A stretch of 64,000 bases of DNA, from the NCBI GenBank assembly GCA_041659045.1, contig JBAZZB010000001.1, forward strand, positions 582,270-646,269, in the 5' to 3' direction. Shown here in pieces: positions 9,019 to 17,612 of the stretch. Under the pieces are notes generated by a model, which was given only the letters and a program-made list of their open reading frames with translations, made no database searches and was not told the DNA's origin. A program made the translations under genes and the position numbers. The stretch is from Patescibacteria group bacterium. GTDB taxonomy: Bacteria; Patescibacteriota; Patescibacteriia; SG8-24; DYFX01. The stretch's first letter is position 1; each line of letters opens with the position of its first letter.

Positions 9019-9146
9019 TTCAGTTTGAAATTCTTCGGAACGCCTTTGATTCTCTTAAGAGACGCCTGTCCTCGGAAAGAACTCGGCGTGCGGTATCCCG
9101 GACCTTTGCGATTGCCGCCGAAGGTGCGAGAGTTATTCTTACTCAT
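9015..9146 (-). CDS. Small basic protein, 43 aa
   Basis: ATG overlaps the last codons of the upstream gene and its TGA overlaps the pyrH ATG (ATGA); 12 K/R and no D/E. Confidence 0.55.
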   Translation of the reverse strand: MSKNNSRTFGGNRKGPGYRTPSSFRGQASLKRIKGVPKNFKLK

Positions 9147-9858
9147 GGCGCGAAAGCTCGAGACGCGCAATGTTCTCGACGTAGCGCTTGGAGAGCTCCT
9201 CCCCCGCCACGGCATGCATCGAATCCGCCTCGCGCGCGAAAACGACGGTTGAACCAAGCACGGAGAGTACGAAGGCTGCCGTAAAGCGATCCGAAGGACC
9301 CATCGACATAAGCACCGCCAACGCGGCGAGAAGCGCGATGCCGATCAAGCCGTTTGAAAGCTGCTTCGGCAAACTGCCGCTCCATAATTCTTGAATACGC
9401 TGGCGCGCGCCCGCGACGACACCGGCCGCCTCGAGCAAATCACGATAGAGCACGCGCTCTTTTTCGCTATCGAGACTCGGGATTTGGTAGAGGTGATAGC
9501 TGAGCTTGCGGAAGTGGCCGTTCGTCTCCTGATACTGCGAGAACCCTTTCTTGTCGAAGGCGGTGAGGTAGGCGTAGAGGTGTCCGTGCATGTCGGTGAA
9601 CCACTGGCGATGCTTCGTTTCGGCGCCAAGATTCTTTCCGAGGTGATAGACGCGTCGGAGCTTGTTGAGCTCGATCGCGATCCACTCAGCAAGTTTGTCG
9701 TGTCGCGTGAGTGCGCGTTGAACAACCACCGCGAGCAAGAGGGCCGCGGTCAGAACAGCTCCCGCAGCCAATCCGGCTGAACCAGCTGAGACGGGCGCGA
9801 AGGACGCCACGATGAATGAGGCGACCACGATTGCGAGCATGCGCTTGGTCATCGACAT
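9139..9858 (-). CDS. Membrane protein, DUF4239/bestrophin-like topology
   Basis: 2 TM + helical soluble region ('IAIELNKLRRVY', 'ARQRI') + 2 TM. Confidence 0.55.
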   Translation of the reverse strand: MSMTKRMLAIVVASFIVASFAPVSAGSAGLAAGAVLTAALLLAVVVQRALTRHDKLAEWIAIELNKLRRVYHLGKNLGAETKHRQWFTDMHGHLYAYLTAFDKKGFSQYQETNGHFRKLSYHLYQIPSLDSEKERVLYRDLLEAAGVVAGARQRIQELWSGSLPKQLSNGLIGIALLAALAVLMSMGPSDRFTAAFVLSVLGSTVVFAREADSMHAVAGEELSKRYVENIARLELSRHE

Positions 9859-9861
9859 AGA

Positions 9862-10203
9862 CTAGTCGTTTTGAAGCAAACTATTGGTAAGCCAGCTCAT
9901 CACCCACAAGACGAGCGCGCCGAGCAGGGCGGGCACGAAACCGTCGATCGTGAACCCTTTGACCACGCTTGAGACCATCCACAGCAAAAGCGCGTTGATC
10001 ACAAAGGTGAAGAGTCCGAGCGTGACGATCGTGATCGGCAAGGTGAGCAAGATCAAGAGCGGGCGGATAAGAGCATTCACGACACCGAGCACGAGCGCGG
10101 CGATCAGCGCAGCGTAAAAACCGGCGACATGCACGCCCGGAACCACATAGGCCACGAGAAGCAGCGCCAGCGCATTGAGTACCCAACGAAGAAGTAGTTG
10201 CAT
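9862..10203 (-). CDS. YvlD-like 4-TM membrane protein (phage holin superfamily IV)
   Basis: 'NALIRPLLILLTLPITIVTLGLFTFVINALLL' signature. Confidence 0.88.
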   Translation of the reverse strand: MQLLLRWVLNALALLLVAYVVPGVHVAGFYAALIAALVLGVVNALIRPLLILLTLPITIVTLGLFTFVINALLLWMVSSVVKGFTIDGFVPALLGALVLWVMSWLTNSLLQND

Positions 10204-10204
10204 A

Positions 10205-10471
10205 TTAGAGAAGGCGGGTTTGATCTTCCTCTTCCGTTTCCGGAAGTGCGGCGTCCTCTGCGAATCCGGAAAACTTTTCCTTAATTTGAGTCACTTTATT
10301 TTCAACCTCCGCCAAGCGCCCGCGGCACTTTTTGGCGAGTTCGAGACCGCGCTCAAACTTCTTCAAACCCTCTTCAAGATCGACTTCGGACGACTCGAAC
10401 CAACGGACGATCTCTTCGAGTTCCTTGAAGGCTTCAGCGAAGTTGGCTTTCTTGGCTTCCTTTGCAGACAT
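10205..10471 (-). CDS. xseB: Exodeoxyribonuclease VII small subunit
   Basis: 'FAEAFKELEEIV...DLEEGLKKFERGLELAKKC...L...E.KV'. Confidence 0.92.
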   Translation of the reverse strand: MSAKEAKKANFAEAFKELEEIVRWFESSEVDLEEGLKKFERGLELAKKCRGRLAEVENKVTQIKEKFSGFAEDAALPETEEEDQTRLL

Positions 10472-10472
10472 A

Positions 10473-11663
10473 TCAGTGTGTTTCTGTGACTTCGGCCTCA
10501 AGCGTTCCTGCAGATAATTGTACGGCAAGGCGCTCTCCTCTGTCCACGCGCGAGGCGTCCCGGACAAGTGCACCTTTGGCATCGCGGACGATGGCGTATC
10601 CGCGCTTCAAAACGGCACGTGGGTCGTAAGAAGACAGAAGACGCTCATCGCGTTCGACCGCTCCGGAGAGCACTTTCAGGCGGCCTTCAAAATTCGAGAG
10701 TTGCAGTTCGAGATCGGACATAACGGCGTCGAATTCGGCACGCGCCGAACGCACTTGTTCCTGCAGCTGGTGCTCAAGATCAAAAAGGCGGTGACCGAGG
10801 TGAGCAATTTCCTTTTCCAAAGCGCTTTCGATCGTGCGGACGTAGCCTTCGACTTCGCGTTCGAGATCACGACGCTCTGGCACGAGACGTTCCGCTGCGT
10901 TTGAAGGCGTCGAGGCTCGCACGTCGGCGACATAATCTGCCAGTGTTTCATCGCGTTCATGTCCAACACCAACCACGACAGGGATCTTCGAGCTGAAAAT
11001 CGCGCGCACAACTTCTTCGGAGTTAAACGCGTGAAGATCTTCCATCGCTCCCCCGCCGCGCGTGAGAACAAGGACTTCGGCGAGCTCGGGATGTGCGTTG
11101 AAGTATGCGAAAGCGCCGACGATGTCACGTACGGCTTCGCGGCCTTGCACCTGCACATGCGCCGCTTGGACGTGGAGACCACCCCAGCGATTACCGAGAA
11201 TGCGCAGGAAGTCGGTGTAGGCGGCGGACTCCGTCGAAGCGATGAGGCCGATGCGTTCGGGAAAGCGCGGCAAAGGCCGTTTGCGTCCTGGCGCGAACAA
11301 GCCTTCCGTATCCAATTTCTTTTTCAAAAGCTCGAACGCGCGTTTCAAAGCACCCTCCCCCACCATCTCGACACGATCAACGGTCACGGAAAACTTTCCA
11401 CTCTTGGCGTGCACCTTTGGAACACCGTGCACGCGCACCTTCATGCCGTCTTCAAGTGGCTGGCGCAATTGCCAGACCGTCGCGAAACACGAAATAACGG
11501 ACGTCGCATCCTTTAAGAGGAACCACACCCATTTATCCTGGCTGACGCGGTATTCCGCGACTTCGCCTTCGATCATCGCGCCATAGGGAAACACCACCTC
11601 TTCAAACGCGGCGTTTAATCCTTGAACGAATTGGCTGACGGTTAGGGCCTGGGGTTCGGACAT
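10473..11663 (-). CDS. xseA: Exodeoxyribonuclease VII large subunit
   Basis: OB-fold N-terminus, 'EGLF...KRPLP', 'RGGGAMEDL', 'GVGHERD', 'RASTPS', 'LKRGYAIV'. Confidence 0.95.
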   Translation of the reverse strand: MSEPQALTVSQFVQGLNAAFEEVVFPYGAMIEGEVAEYRVSQDKWVWFLLKDATSVISCFATVWQLRQPLEDGMKVRVHGVPKVHAKSGKFSVTVDRVEMVGEGALKRAFELLKKKLDTEGLFAPGRKRPLPRFPERIGLIASTESAAYTDFLRILGNRWGGLHVQAAHVQVQGREAVRDIVGAFAYFNAHPELAEVLVLTRGGGAMEDLHAFNSEEVVRAIFSSKIPVVVGVGHERDETLADYVADVRASTPSNAAERLVPERRDLEREVEGYVRTIESALEKEIAHLGHRLFDLEHQLQEQVRSARAEFDAVMSDLELQLSNFEGRLKVLSGAVERDERLLSSYDPRAVLKRGYAIVRDAKGALVRDASRVDRGERLAVQLSAGTLEAEVTETH

Positions 11664-11731
11664 ATCGGGGGCATTGTAGCTCAAACAGGACTATTGTACG
11701 ATCTCGGCGTCCCACAATAGAGGAGGCACAC

Positions 11732-12487
11732 GTGAACAAGGACGAAATGACCATCGTTACAGGCGGAGGTCGCGGCATCGGCCGTGCCATCGCGCTGCGC
11801 ATGGCACGAGAGACGGCCGTTACCGTCGTCGGACGCACGCAGAGTGATCTGATCAGTGTGTGCCACGAGGTTGAAATGGCGGGCGGCAGTGCCCTCTTCT
11901 GTACGGGAGACGTGACTGATCCGGCTACAGCAGATCTTGCGAGTCTGGCTTGGAGCAGTCACAGGGTGCGCAATCTCGTGCTCAACGCAGGCATCGGCAA
12001 GAGCGCGCTGCCGCACGAGTACGACACGGCGCTCTTTCAATCGATCATGGACGTGAACGTCATGGGCGCTTTCCATTTCATCAAGGCCTTCGTGCCGAAG
12101 ATGATCGAGAACGGTGGCGGGAACATCATCTTGATGTCATCCGTTTCCGGGCTTGTCGGATCGAAACGGAACGCGCCGTACACCGCTTCGAAACACGCGC
12201 TCGTCGGTTTCGCCAAAGGAATGGCGCAGGACTACGGCGCGCAAGGCATCGTGACCGTCGCGATCTGTCCAGGCTACGTCGAAACGGCGATGACCGAGCG
12301 TTCGATCCAGAAGCGTGTGGAGCTTCACGGCATCAGCCGCGAAGAGGCGCGCACGAAGATCGAAAGGATCAACCCGCAACATCGATTGATTCAGCCCGAG
12401 GAGGTCGCCGAAATGATCGCGTTTGTCTGCTCCGGACTCGTTCCATCGCTTTCAGGCAGCGCCATTGTCCTGAGCGGAGGCGCATGA
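11732..12487 (+). CDS. Short-chain dehydrogenase/reductase
   Basis: 'TGGGRGIG', 'NAG', 'SS', 'YTASK', 'CPGYVET'; GAGGAGG SD before GTG. Confidence 0.93.
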   Translation: MNKDEMTIVTGGGRGIGRAIALRMARETAVTVVGRTQSDLISVCHEVEMAGGSALFCTGDVTDPATADLASLAWSSHRVRNLVLNAGIGKSALPHEYDTALFQSIMDVNVMGAFHFIKAFVPKMIENGGGNIILMSSVSGLVGSKRNAPYTASKHALVGFAKGMAQDYGAQGIVTVAICPGYVETAMTERSIQKRVELHGISREEARTKIERINPQHRLIQPEEVAEMIAFVCSGLVPSLSGSAIVLSGGA

Positions 12488-13146
12488 TGGACCCTGTCGA
12501 TCGTATTCAAGCGCTCATCAAATGGATCCGTACGACAGCAGCGTCCGCGCGGGGACTGCTCGTGCCCGTTTCGGGCGGTTCCGATTCCGCGCTCGGCTTC
12601 TGGCTCTGCGCGCAAGCGTTTCCGCAAAAGACCGTAGCGATGCACGCACAGGACGATGACGTTCTGCGCTGTCGCAACTGGTTCGACTCCGTCGGAATCG
12701 TCGTCTGCACGGAGACGCCAGGACGCAGGAATCAGCGTGAAGAGATGCGGTGGGCGCAGTTCCTGTCCTACAGCATCCGCCGAGGTCAGTGGCTCGTGGG
12801 TTGTCGGAATCGCACCGAACAGGAGCTGGGCACGTATAGCCTCGCCAGCCGTGAGATGACCTTTGCGCCGCTCATCGGCGTTTGGAAGTCGCACGTCATG
12901 GAAATGTGCGCCGCGATCAGCATGCCGCAGGAAATCATCGACTCGAGCGCCCGCGCCGATCCCGACTGCGGACGGCCGCAAGAAATGGCCGAGATTCCCT
13001 TCGCTCAGCTGGACGCCTATCTCAGGCACCGCGCCGGAGAATCCCTTGAACACCGCATGAATGATGCACAGGTTCGCTACATCGAAAGTGTCTTGGAACG
13101 CAACGCCTTCAAGAAAACGCTGCCGATCTGTGGGCTGGAGATCTGA
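12484..13146 (+). CDS. Divergent NH3-dependent NAD synthetase-like PP-loop protein
   Basis: 'VSGGSDSA' PP-loop, 'VGCRNRTE..LGTY', 'PLIGVWKSHV'; ATG overlaps the SDR stop. Confidence 0.7.
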   Translation: MMDPVDRIQALIKWIRTTAASARGLLVPVSGGSDSALGFWLCAQAFPQKTVAMHAQDDDVLRCRNWFDSVGIVVCTETPGRRNQREEMRWAQFLSYSIRRGQWLVGCRNRTEQELGTYSLASREMTFAPLIGVWKSHVMEMCAAISMPQEIIDSSARADPDCGRPQEMAEIPFAQLDAYLRHRAGESLEHRMNDAQVRYIESVLERNAFKKTLPICGLEI

Positions 13147-13153
13147 CGCAAAA

Positions 13154-13176
13154 CGACCCGCACGGGTCGCTTTTTT
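13154..13176 (+). terminator. Rho-independent terminator
   Basis: CGACCCG-ca-CGGGTCG followed by a T-tract. Confidence 0.75.
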
Positions 13177-13255
13177 CTTCTCCGTTCTGAGCATCCAAAA
13201 CTTGACGCTTGCCTCGGTTCCACAGAAGATGCAACTGGACCCGTTGGGAGGATTC

Positions 13256-13597
13256 ATGCGAACCATTACCATCTTCCACAAGCCTGGCTACGTGCACGCA
13301 TTGGGCCTGCAGGACGCGCTCTACAAGGTGTGCAATCCCAACGCCAGCGAACACGACGTGATCGCGGGCCGCGCGGGCATTCGCGTCATCAAGGAAGATC
13401 CCGCCGCTCCCACCGACACGCCAAGCGTACGGATCGAGATCGGCGGGTCTCGGGATCCTGGGCTCGAGACACTCCTGATCGAAGCGACCGAGAACGTCAT
13501 CCGGTGCAGCGCCCCACGTCACGCGGTTCAGCCGCTGGTACACGTATTCTACGCCGATCTTCCGGCGATTGAATGCGCCGATCAAGCGGTTTCGTAA
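13256..13597 (+). CDS. Hypothetical protein, 113 aa
   Basis: GGGAGG SD before ATG 13256; TTGACG at 13202; high GC3. Confidence 0.6.
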   Translation: MRTITIFHKPGYVHALGLQDALYKVCNPNASEHDVIAGRAGIRVIKEDPAAPTDTPSVRIEIGGSRDPGLETLLIEATENVIRCSAPRHAVQPLVHVFYADLPAIECADQAVS

Positions 13598-13649
13598 ACC
13601 GTTGAAGGCCGCTGCCATCAACCTCCGCGGATCCCATCAAGGGTCCGTT

Positions 13650-14699
13650 TTATTTTTTGACGGCCGCAGTTTCAAGTATCAACACCTCGTTCAAATCGCT
13701 GACGGAAAAACCTTTGCGCATACCGCCACCAATCACGTAGACCCGATTTTTATACGTTGCGACGCCAAGTCCGTGGCGTGGATGCGGCATCTCAAGCGGA
13801 AACGACGACCACGCATCCTTGGCAGGATCATACGCGTCGATGAACGCTGGTAGTCCCGTGTCGTTGAGGCCTCCGAGTACGTGAATTTTTCCTTCGTGCA
13901 CGAACGTTCCAAACGCGCGACGTGACGCAGGCATGTCGCGAAGCGATTTCCACTCACCAACTTCCTTGAACACCTGCGTCGACAGAATATCTTTGCTTGT
14001 ACCGAAGCGTCCTCCAAAGACGAAGAGTTCCCCGTTCATAACGGCAACCTGATGACCGCGCCGTGCCGTCGGCATTGTTGGAAGACCGTTCCAGCCTTTT
14101 CGATCGAGATCGTACGCTTCGAATGCGCCGTCGGTGCCTGCCGTGGTCGTGCCACCCAAAATCACCAAACGATCGCCAACATACGCAGCGGCCGCGTCTC
14201 CACGAAAATCGTTCAGTTGTCCGAGTTCGCTCCACGAATTACGAATCGGATCGTAGGCGTACACGACATCGAGCGGGCGCGAAGAAATGCTTGTTAGCCC
14301 GCCAACAACGAAAATTTGCTTACCATCGGTCGCGACCGCGGGATGATGCAGCGCCTGAGGTAGCGGAGCGACTTCGCTCCACAAATCAGTCGGGATGTCG
14401 TAGACCAAGACGGACACGAGCGTGCGCGCGTATCCATCGTGACCCCCAATGATAAAAATTCGATCACCGACAACCACCGTGCCGAAATCAGCGCGCGCGA
14501 ACGGCATTGATGACGCGGTCTCCCAATGCGTGCCTGTGCCGCGCTGACCAATCGGTGTTGTCGTTGCTGAAGCATCTTCCTTGAACACATAGGAGACGCC
14601 CGGCAAAGCTCGCGCGCGTTCCCAATCCCAACCCTGAATGTTGCGCAGATACAAGCCGATGCCCAGTATCAGAGCGACCAGCCAAAAAAACTTTTTCAT
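13650..14699 (-). CDS. Membrane-anchored Kelch-repeat beta-propeller protein
   Basis: Six Kelch repeats ('IFIIGG...YD...W..VAPLP'); N-terminal hydrophobic anchor. Confidence 0.9.
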   Translation of the reverse strand: MKKFFWLVALILGIGLYLRNIQGWDWERARALPGVSYVFKEDASATTTPIGQRGTGTHWETASSMPFARADFGTVVVGDRIFIIGGHDGYARTLVSVLVYDIPTDLWSEVAPLPQALHHPAVATDGKQIFVVGGLTSISSRPLDVVYAYDPIRNSWSELGQLNDFRGDAAAAYVGDRLVILGGTTTAGTDGAFEAYDLDRKGWNGLPTMPTARRGHQVAVMNGELFVFGGRFGTSKDILSTQVFKEVGEWKSLRDMPASRRAFGTFVHEGKIHVLGGLNDTGLPAFIDAYDPAKDAWSSFPLEMPHPRHGLGVATYKNRVYVIGGGMRKGFSVSDLNEVLILETAAVKK

Positions 14700-15154
14700 C
14701 CGTTCTGATCCCAGGTTTTGCGCCCCTTCTTGATGTCAGCAAGCAAGAAACGCGCGCCCGTGTTGTCTTTCGGATTGAGCTTTACGACGGCGTTCAATCG
14801 CTTCTCCGCCTCTTTCGTATCGCCGCGGCGAAAAGCGACGAGCGCCTGGCCGTGAAGCGCGCGCAAAAGCGTGCGGTCATGCGGGGCACCCCACTCAACG
14901 TGCGTCGGCATCTTCCCCTTGTAAAACTTGAGCGCGATTTTAAGCGCCTTCTCATGCATCGCTTCCGCTTCGTCGAGACGCTTCTCGTGGAAGGCGACCG
15001 TGCCGAGGCCGTTTAAGGCGTCTGCATGATTCGCATCGGTCGCGAGCACGCCAAGAAAAGCTTCTTCCGCGTCACTCAGCGCGCCGGACTGAAGCGCTGC
15101 CCAACCTGCGGCGAAGAGATGATCGATCTCTTGAGGAGGAAGTGTGGATTTCAT
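14696..15154 (-). CDS. Tetratricopeptide-repeat protein
   Basis: 'ALNGLGTVAF...LDEAEAMHEKAL', 'KLNPKDNTGARFLL'. Confidence 0.8.
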   Translation of the reverse strand: MKSTLPPQEIDHLFAAGWAALQSGALSDAEEAFLGVLATDANHADALNGLGTVAFHEKRLDEAEAMHEKALKIALKFYKGKMPTHVEWGAPHDRTLLRALHGQALVAFRRGDTKEAEKRLNAVVKLNPKDNTGARFLLADIKKGRKTWDQNG

Positions 15155-15174
15155 ATTCGTAGCTCAAACTTCCT

Positions 15175-15846
15175 TTAGGGTTGAAGTGTTTCTCCAGAAC
15201 TCTTATCACCAGACACAATCTCTATGACGTCGCCCGAGGCCGCCATGCCTTGTGCGCGAGCGGTCGCCTCGATTTGCGCGCGGATCGCGCCCACCCTGCA
15301 CGAACCGGCGACACCACGATCGAGCCGAGCGTCGAAGGCGAAGCGACTACTTCCGTCTTGCGACGTGTAGTTGAGAAATTTGACGTTCGTGGGAATCGCC
15401 GATTCGTAGCCTGCCGCGCGCTCTTCTTTTGTGGGACCGTCCAGCAAAGCCTGCATGGTGGGGTAATCGTCGGGGAAGCGCACGAGCGCGCGTTCGACCG
15501 GAAAAACTTTTTCGCACGTCTGATTCGGATCAAGCTTGTCATTCAGAAAATACAATCGCACCGTTTCTTCTTTCGCTGCATCCGTACCGGGGAATTCACA
15601 CTTCTGCACGCACATCAAAATGCACGCTTCTGCATCCGGAGGGCACGCCGAAGCGCACTCGTTCCAAACACCTCCAGCGTTCTCGCACGTGTCTTTCGAC
15701 GTCGGTTGCTCCTGCTGTTGTGGCGCTCCAACGACAGGTAATCCCTCAACAGGCTCTTGCGCGTTCGTATATAACCACGCGGCAACGGCTAATATGGCAA
15801 GTGCGGCGAAAATCGCGAGAAGATGTTTAAGCGGGATTCGGTTCAT
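15175..15846 (-). CDS. Membrane-anchored GerMN-domain protein with Cys-rich insert
   Basis: 'LYF', 'VFPVER', 'LLDGPTKEERAAGYESAIP', 'GSCRVGAIRAQIEAT'. Confidence 0.8.
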   Translation of the reverse strand: MNRIPLKHLLAIFAALAILAVAAWLYTNAQEPVEGLPVVGAPQQQEQPTSKDTCENAGGVWNECASACPPDAEACILMCVQKCEFPGTDAAKEETVRLYFLNDKLDPNQTCEKVFPVERALVRFPDDYPTMQALLDGPTKEERAAGYESAIPTNVKFLNYTSQDGSSRFAFDARLDRGVAGSCRVGAIRAQIEATARAQGMAASGDVIEIVSGDKSSGETLQP

Positions 15847-15847
15847 A

Positions 15848-16177
15848 TCATTTCTTCAAACACGTTTGAACAGCAGCGGCTTCTTCAGCAGTCATCTGTC
15901 CGTCGAGAGCGGCTTGAATACGCGACGGCTTGATCGACGCTTGCAGGCAGAGCATTTGCTGCGGAGAAAGCGTCTTGGCTTGCTCGAGAAGTTGCGGCGG
16001 GATTTTCTCTTTCAACGTTTCAAGATTCAGTGCGGGGGCTTTTGGAGCCTCGCCACCTTGCACCGCGCCGAAATTCGGTTCATACACCCAAGCGAAGCTT
16101 CGCTCCGTCAGACGATAACCGGCGTATACTGACGCTCCAAACCAGAGCAGCACCAGAACAAAGGCTCCGGCCTTCAT
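15848..16177 (-). CDS. Hypothetical exported/membrane protein
   Basis: N-terminal hydrophobic segment; tightly packed in operon; two Cys. Confidence 0.6.
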   Translation of the reverse strand: MKAGAFVLVLLWFGASVYAGYRLTERSFAWVYEPNFGAVQGGEAPKAPALNLETLKEKIPPQLLEQAKTLSPQQMLCLQASIKPSRIQAALDGQMTAEEAAAVQTCLKK

Positions 16178-16178
16178 A

Positions 16179-16385
16179 TCACCGGTTCCCTTGCATGAAC
16201 GAACTGATGATTTGATCCTGCATGCCTTGCATGATCTCCGGCAACGGATTTTTCAACAGGAACCAGAGCGTTCCTCCGAGGAGGAGGCCGTAAAAAGCGA
16301 CCTGAAGCAACAACTTCAAGATCGTCAGCACTTTGATGACAGTGTCCAGACCGTTCGATTTGAGAGTAGGTGAAGTGTCTTGCAT
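16179..16385 (-). CDS. Small membrane protein, 68 aa
   Basis: Single TM; 1-bp gap to the next gene in the operon. Confidence 0.6.
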   Translation of the reverse strand: MQDTSPTLKSNGLDTVIKVLTILKLLLQVAFYGLLLGGTLWFLLKNPLPEIMQGMQDQIISSFMQGNR

Positions 16386-16425
16386 ATTGAAAGTGTACCA
16401 TGTAGCCTAGAGCCAAACCACACCT

Positions 16426-16590
16426 ATGGATGCATGCTGCAAGAACAACAAGGAGGCCGAAAAGAAGGACGAGAAGGAAAAAGAGGGCTGCTGCGCGGAG
16501 TGCCCGGACAAAGGTTGCGAAGGCTGCGAATGCTCGAAGCCTCAAAACACGTCCGGCTGCTGTGGCGGCTGTGCCTGCGAGAACCGGTAA
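16426..16590 (+). CDS. Metallothionein-like Cys-rich small protein, 54 aa
   Basis: MDACCKNNKEAEKKDEKEKEGCCAECPDKGCEGCECSKPQNTSGCCGGCACENR*; 12 Cys, no aromatics; promoter TTGCAT-17-TAGCCT and a terminator over the stop. Confidence 0.75.
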   Translation: MDACCKNNKEAEKKDEKEKEGCCAECPDKGCEGCECSKPQNTSGCCGGCACENR

Positions 16591-16641
16591 TCCCGGTTCT
16601 TTCTTTTTTATGGTAGAATCTCCCCATAGAAGAGGTTTCGT

Positions 16642-17550
16642 ATGGCTGAATTTCTGCAGTGGTGGCACGACCTCGTAGCGCGCCTCGATGGTGAGCGCGA
16701 GCGAAAAGTTGTCGCGTTTGGCGCGATGGCTCTTTTGCTATTCCTGAGCGTCGGGCCGACGGTATTGAACGCGGTTGCGGAAACCATCGCGGCACTGCCA
16801 GAGAAACAGGCGGAGCCGGTTCCTCCCGCACCAAAAATGTACTTCGCTTCATCCCCGGAGACACCACAACCCGTTGCCGAGCCAGAAACTGAAAAAGTAG
16901 TCGTCGTGGCTGACATCCCGCCCGTACCACAACTCACTCTTCCTCCGCTCACGTTTTTATTTCCAAACGCCGGCGCGGAAGTGTTCTCCCCCGCCACCAT
17001 CGCCATGCGCGCGGAAAGCGCAACGACGGTCGCTATGCTGATCGAAGTGACGAATGCCGCAGGCGAGCGCGTCGGCACCTATTCAGCTTCGCCTTCAACG
17101 ACTGGCGAGTGGAGCGCGTTGTTCTCCGCAGAACCAGGCGAATACGTCGCGAGCGTGCGCGCGTCACTCGAGGATGGCCGGGTTGTCTCTTTCAAAGAGC
17201 AGCGCGCCTTTCGCGTACTCACGCCTGAGCCCACAATCACCCCCGCCGACCCATCAGAACCATCCGTTGATCTCCTTGCGCCGGATATGATGAGCGGCGC
17301 GTACGAAGGCATCGCGCCGCTTGCTGCCCGCGTCAAAAACGCGCAACCGAATTCGCTGATTTTTATCGTAACCTCTTCCGCCGGCGATGAAACGCTTGTT
17401 CTCGGATCCGAAGTCGGAGCAAGCGGTTACTGGACCGCCATGTTTGAAGGGCTCGACGGAACGTATCACGCGCGCGTGCGCGCCACGATTGGTGAACGAG
17501 AGGTTTTTTCCGCAGAAAACGAATTTTCATTGCTCACCGCCGACCGTTGA
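16642..17550 (+). CDS. Membrane-anchored protein with two Ig-like repeats
   Basis: TM, Pro-rich linker, two similar beta-rich units ('GEWSALFSAEPGEYVASVRA' / 'GYWTAMFEGLDGTYHARVRA'). Confidence 0.65.
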   Translation: MAEFLQWWHDLVARLDGERERKVVAFGAMALLLFLSVGPTVLNAVAETIAALPEKQAEPVPPAPKMYFASSPETPQPVAEPETEKVVVVADIPPVPQLTLPPLTFLFPNAGAEVFSPATIAMRAESATTVAMLIEVTNAAGERVGTYSASPSTTGEWSALFSAEPGEYVASVRASLEDGRVVSFKEQRAFRVLTPEPTITPADPSEPSVDLLAPDMMSGAYEGIAPLAARVKNAQPNSLIFIVTSSAGDETLVLGSEVGASGYWTAMFEGLDGTYHARVRATIGEREVFSAENEFSLLTADR

Positions 17551-17612
17551 CGCCGTGCATGCTTTTCGGCATGCTAGCGCTGGTCACGTGACCTTCAACA
17601 AGGAGCTCTTCA

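Noticed and set aside
9862-10203. Prophage, suggested by the holin-family gene
   Set aside because: YvlD-like proteins are common chromosomal genes; no phage structural, lysin or integrase genes nearby.
11950-12483. Long N-terminal extension of the NadE-like ORF, suggesting a frameshift fusion with the SDR
   Set aside because: The extension is an Arg-rich alternative frame of the SDR; a clean ATGA overlap with an SD explains it.
16380-16930. Track ORFs 16380-16616, 16430-16678 and 16424-16930
   Set aside because: Alternative frames over the 54-aa Cys-rich ORF, which alone fits the promoter and terminator.
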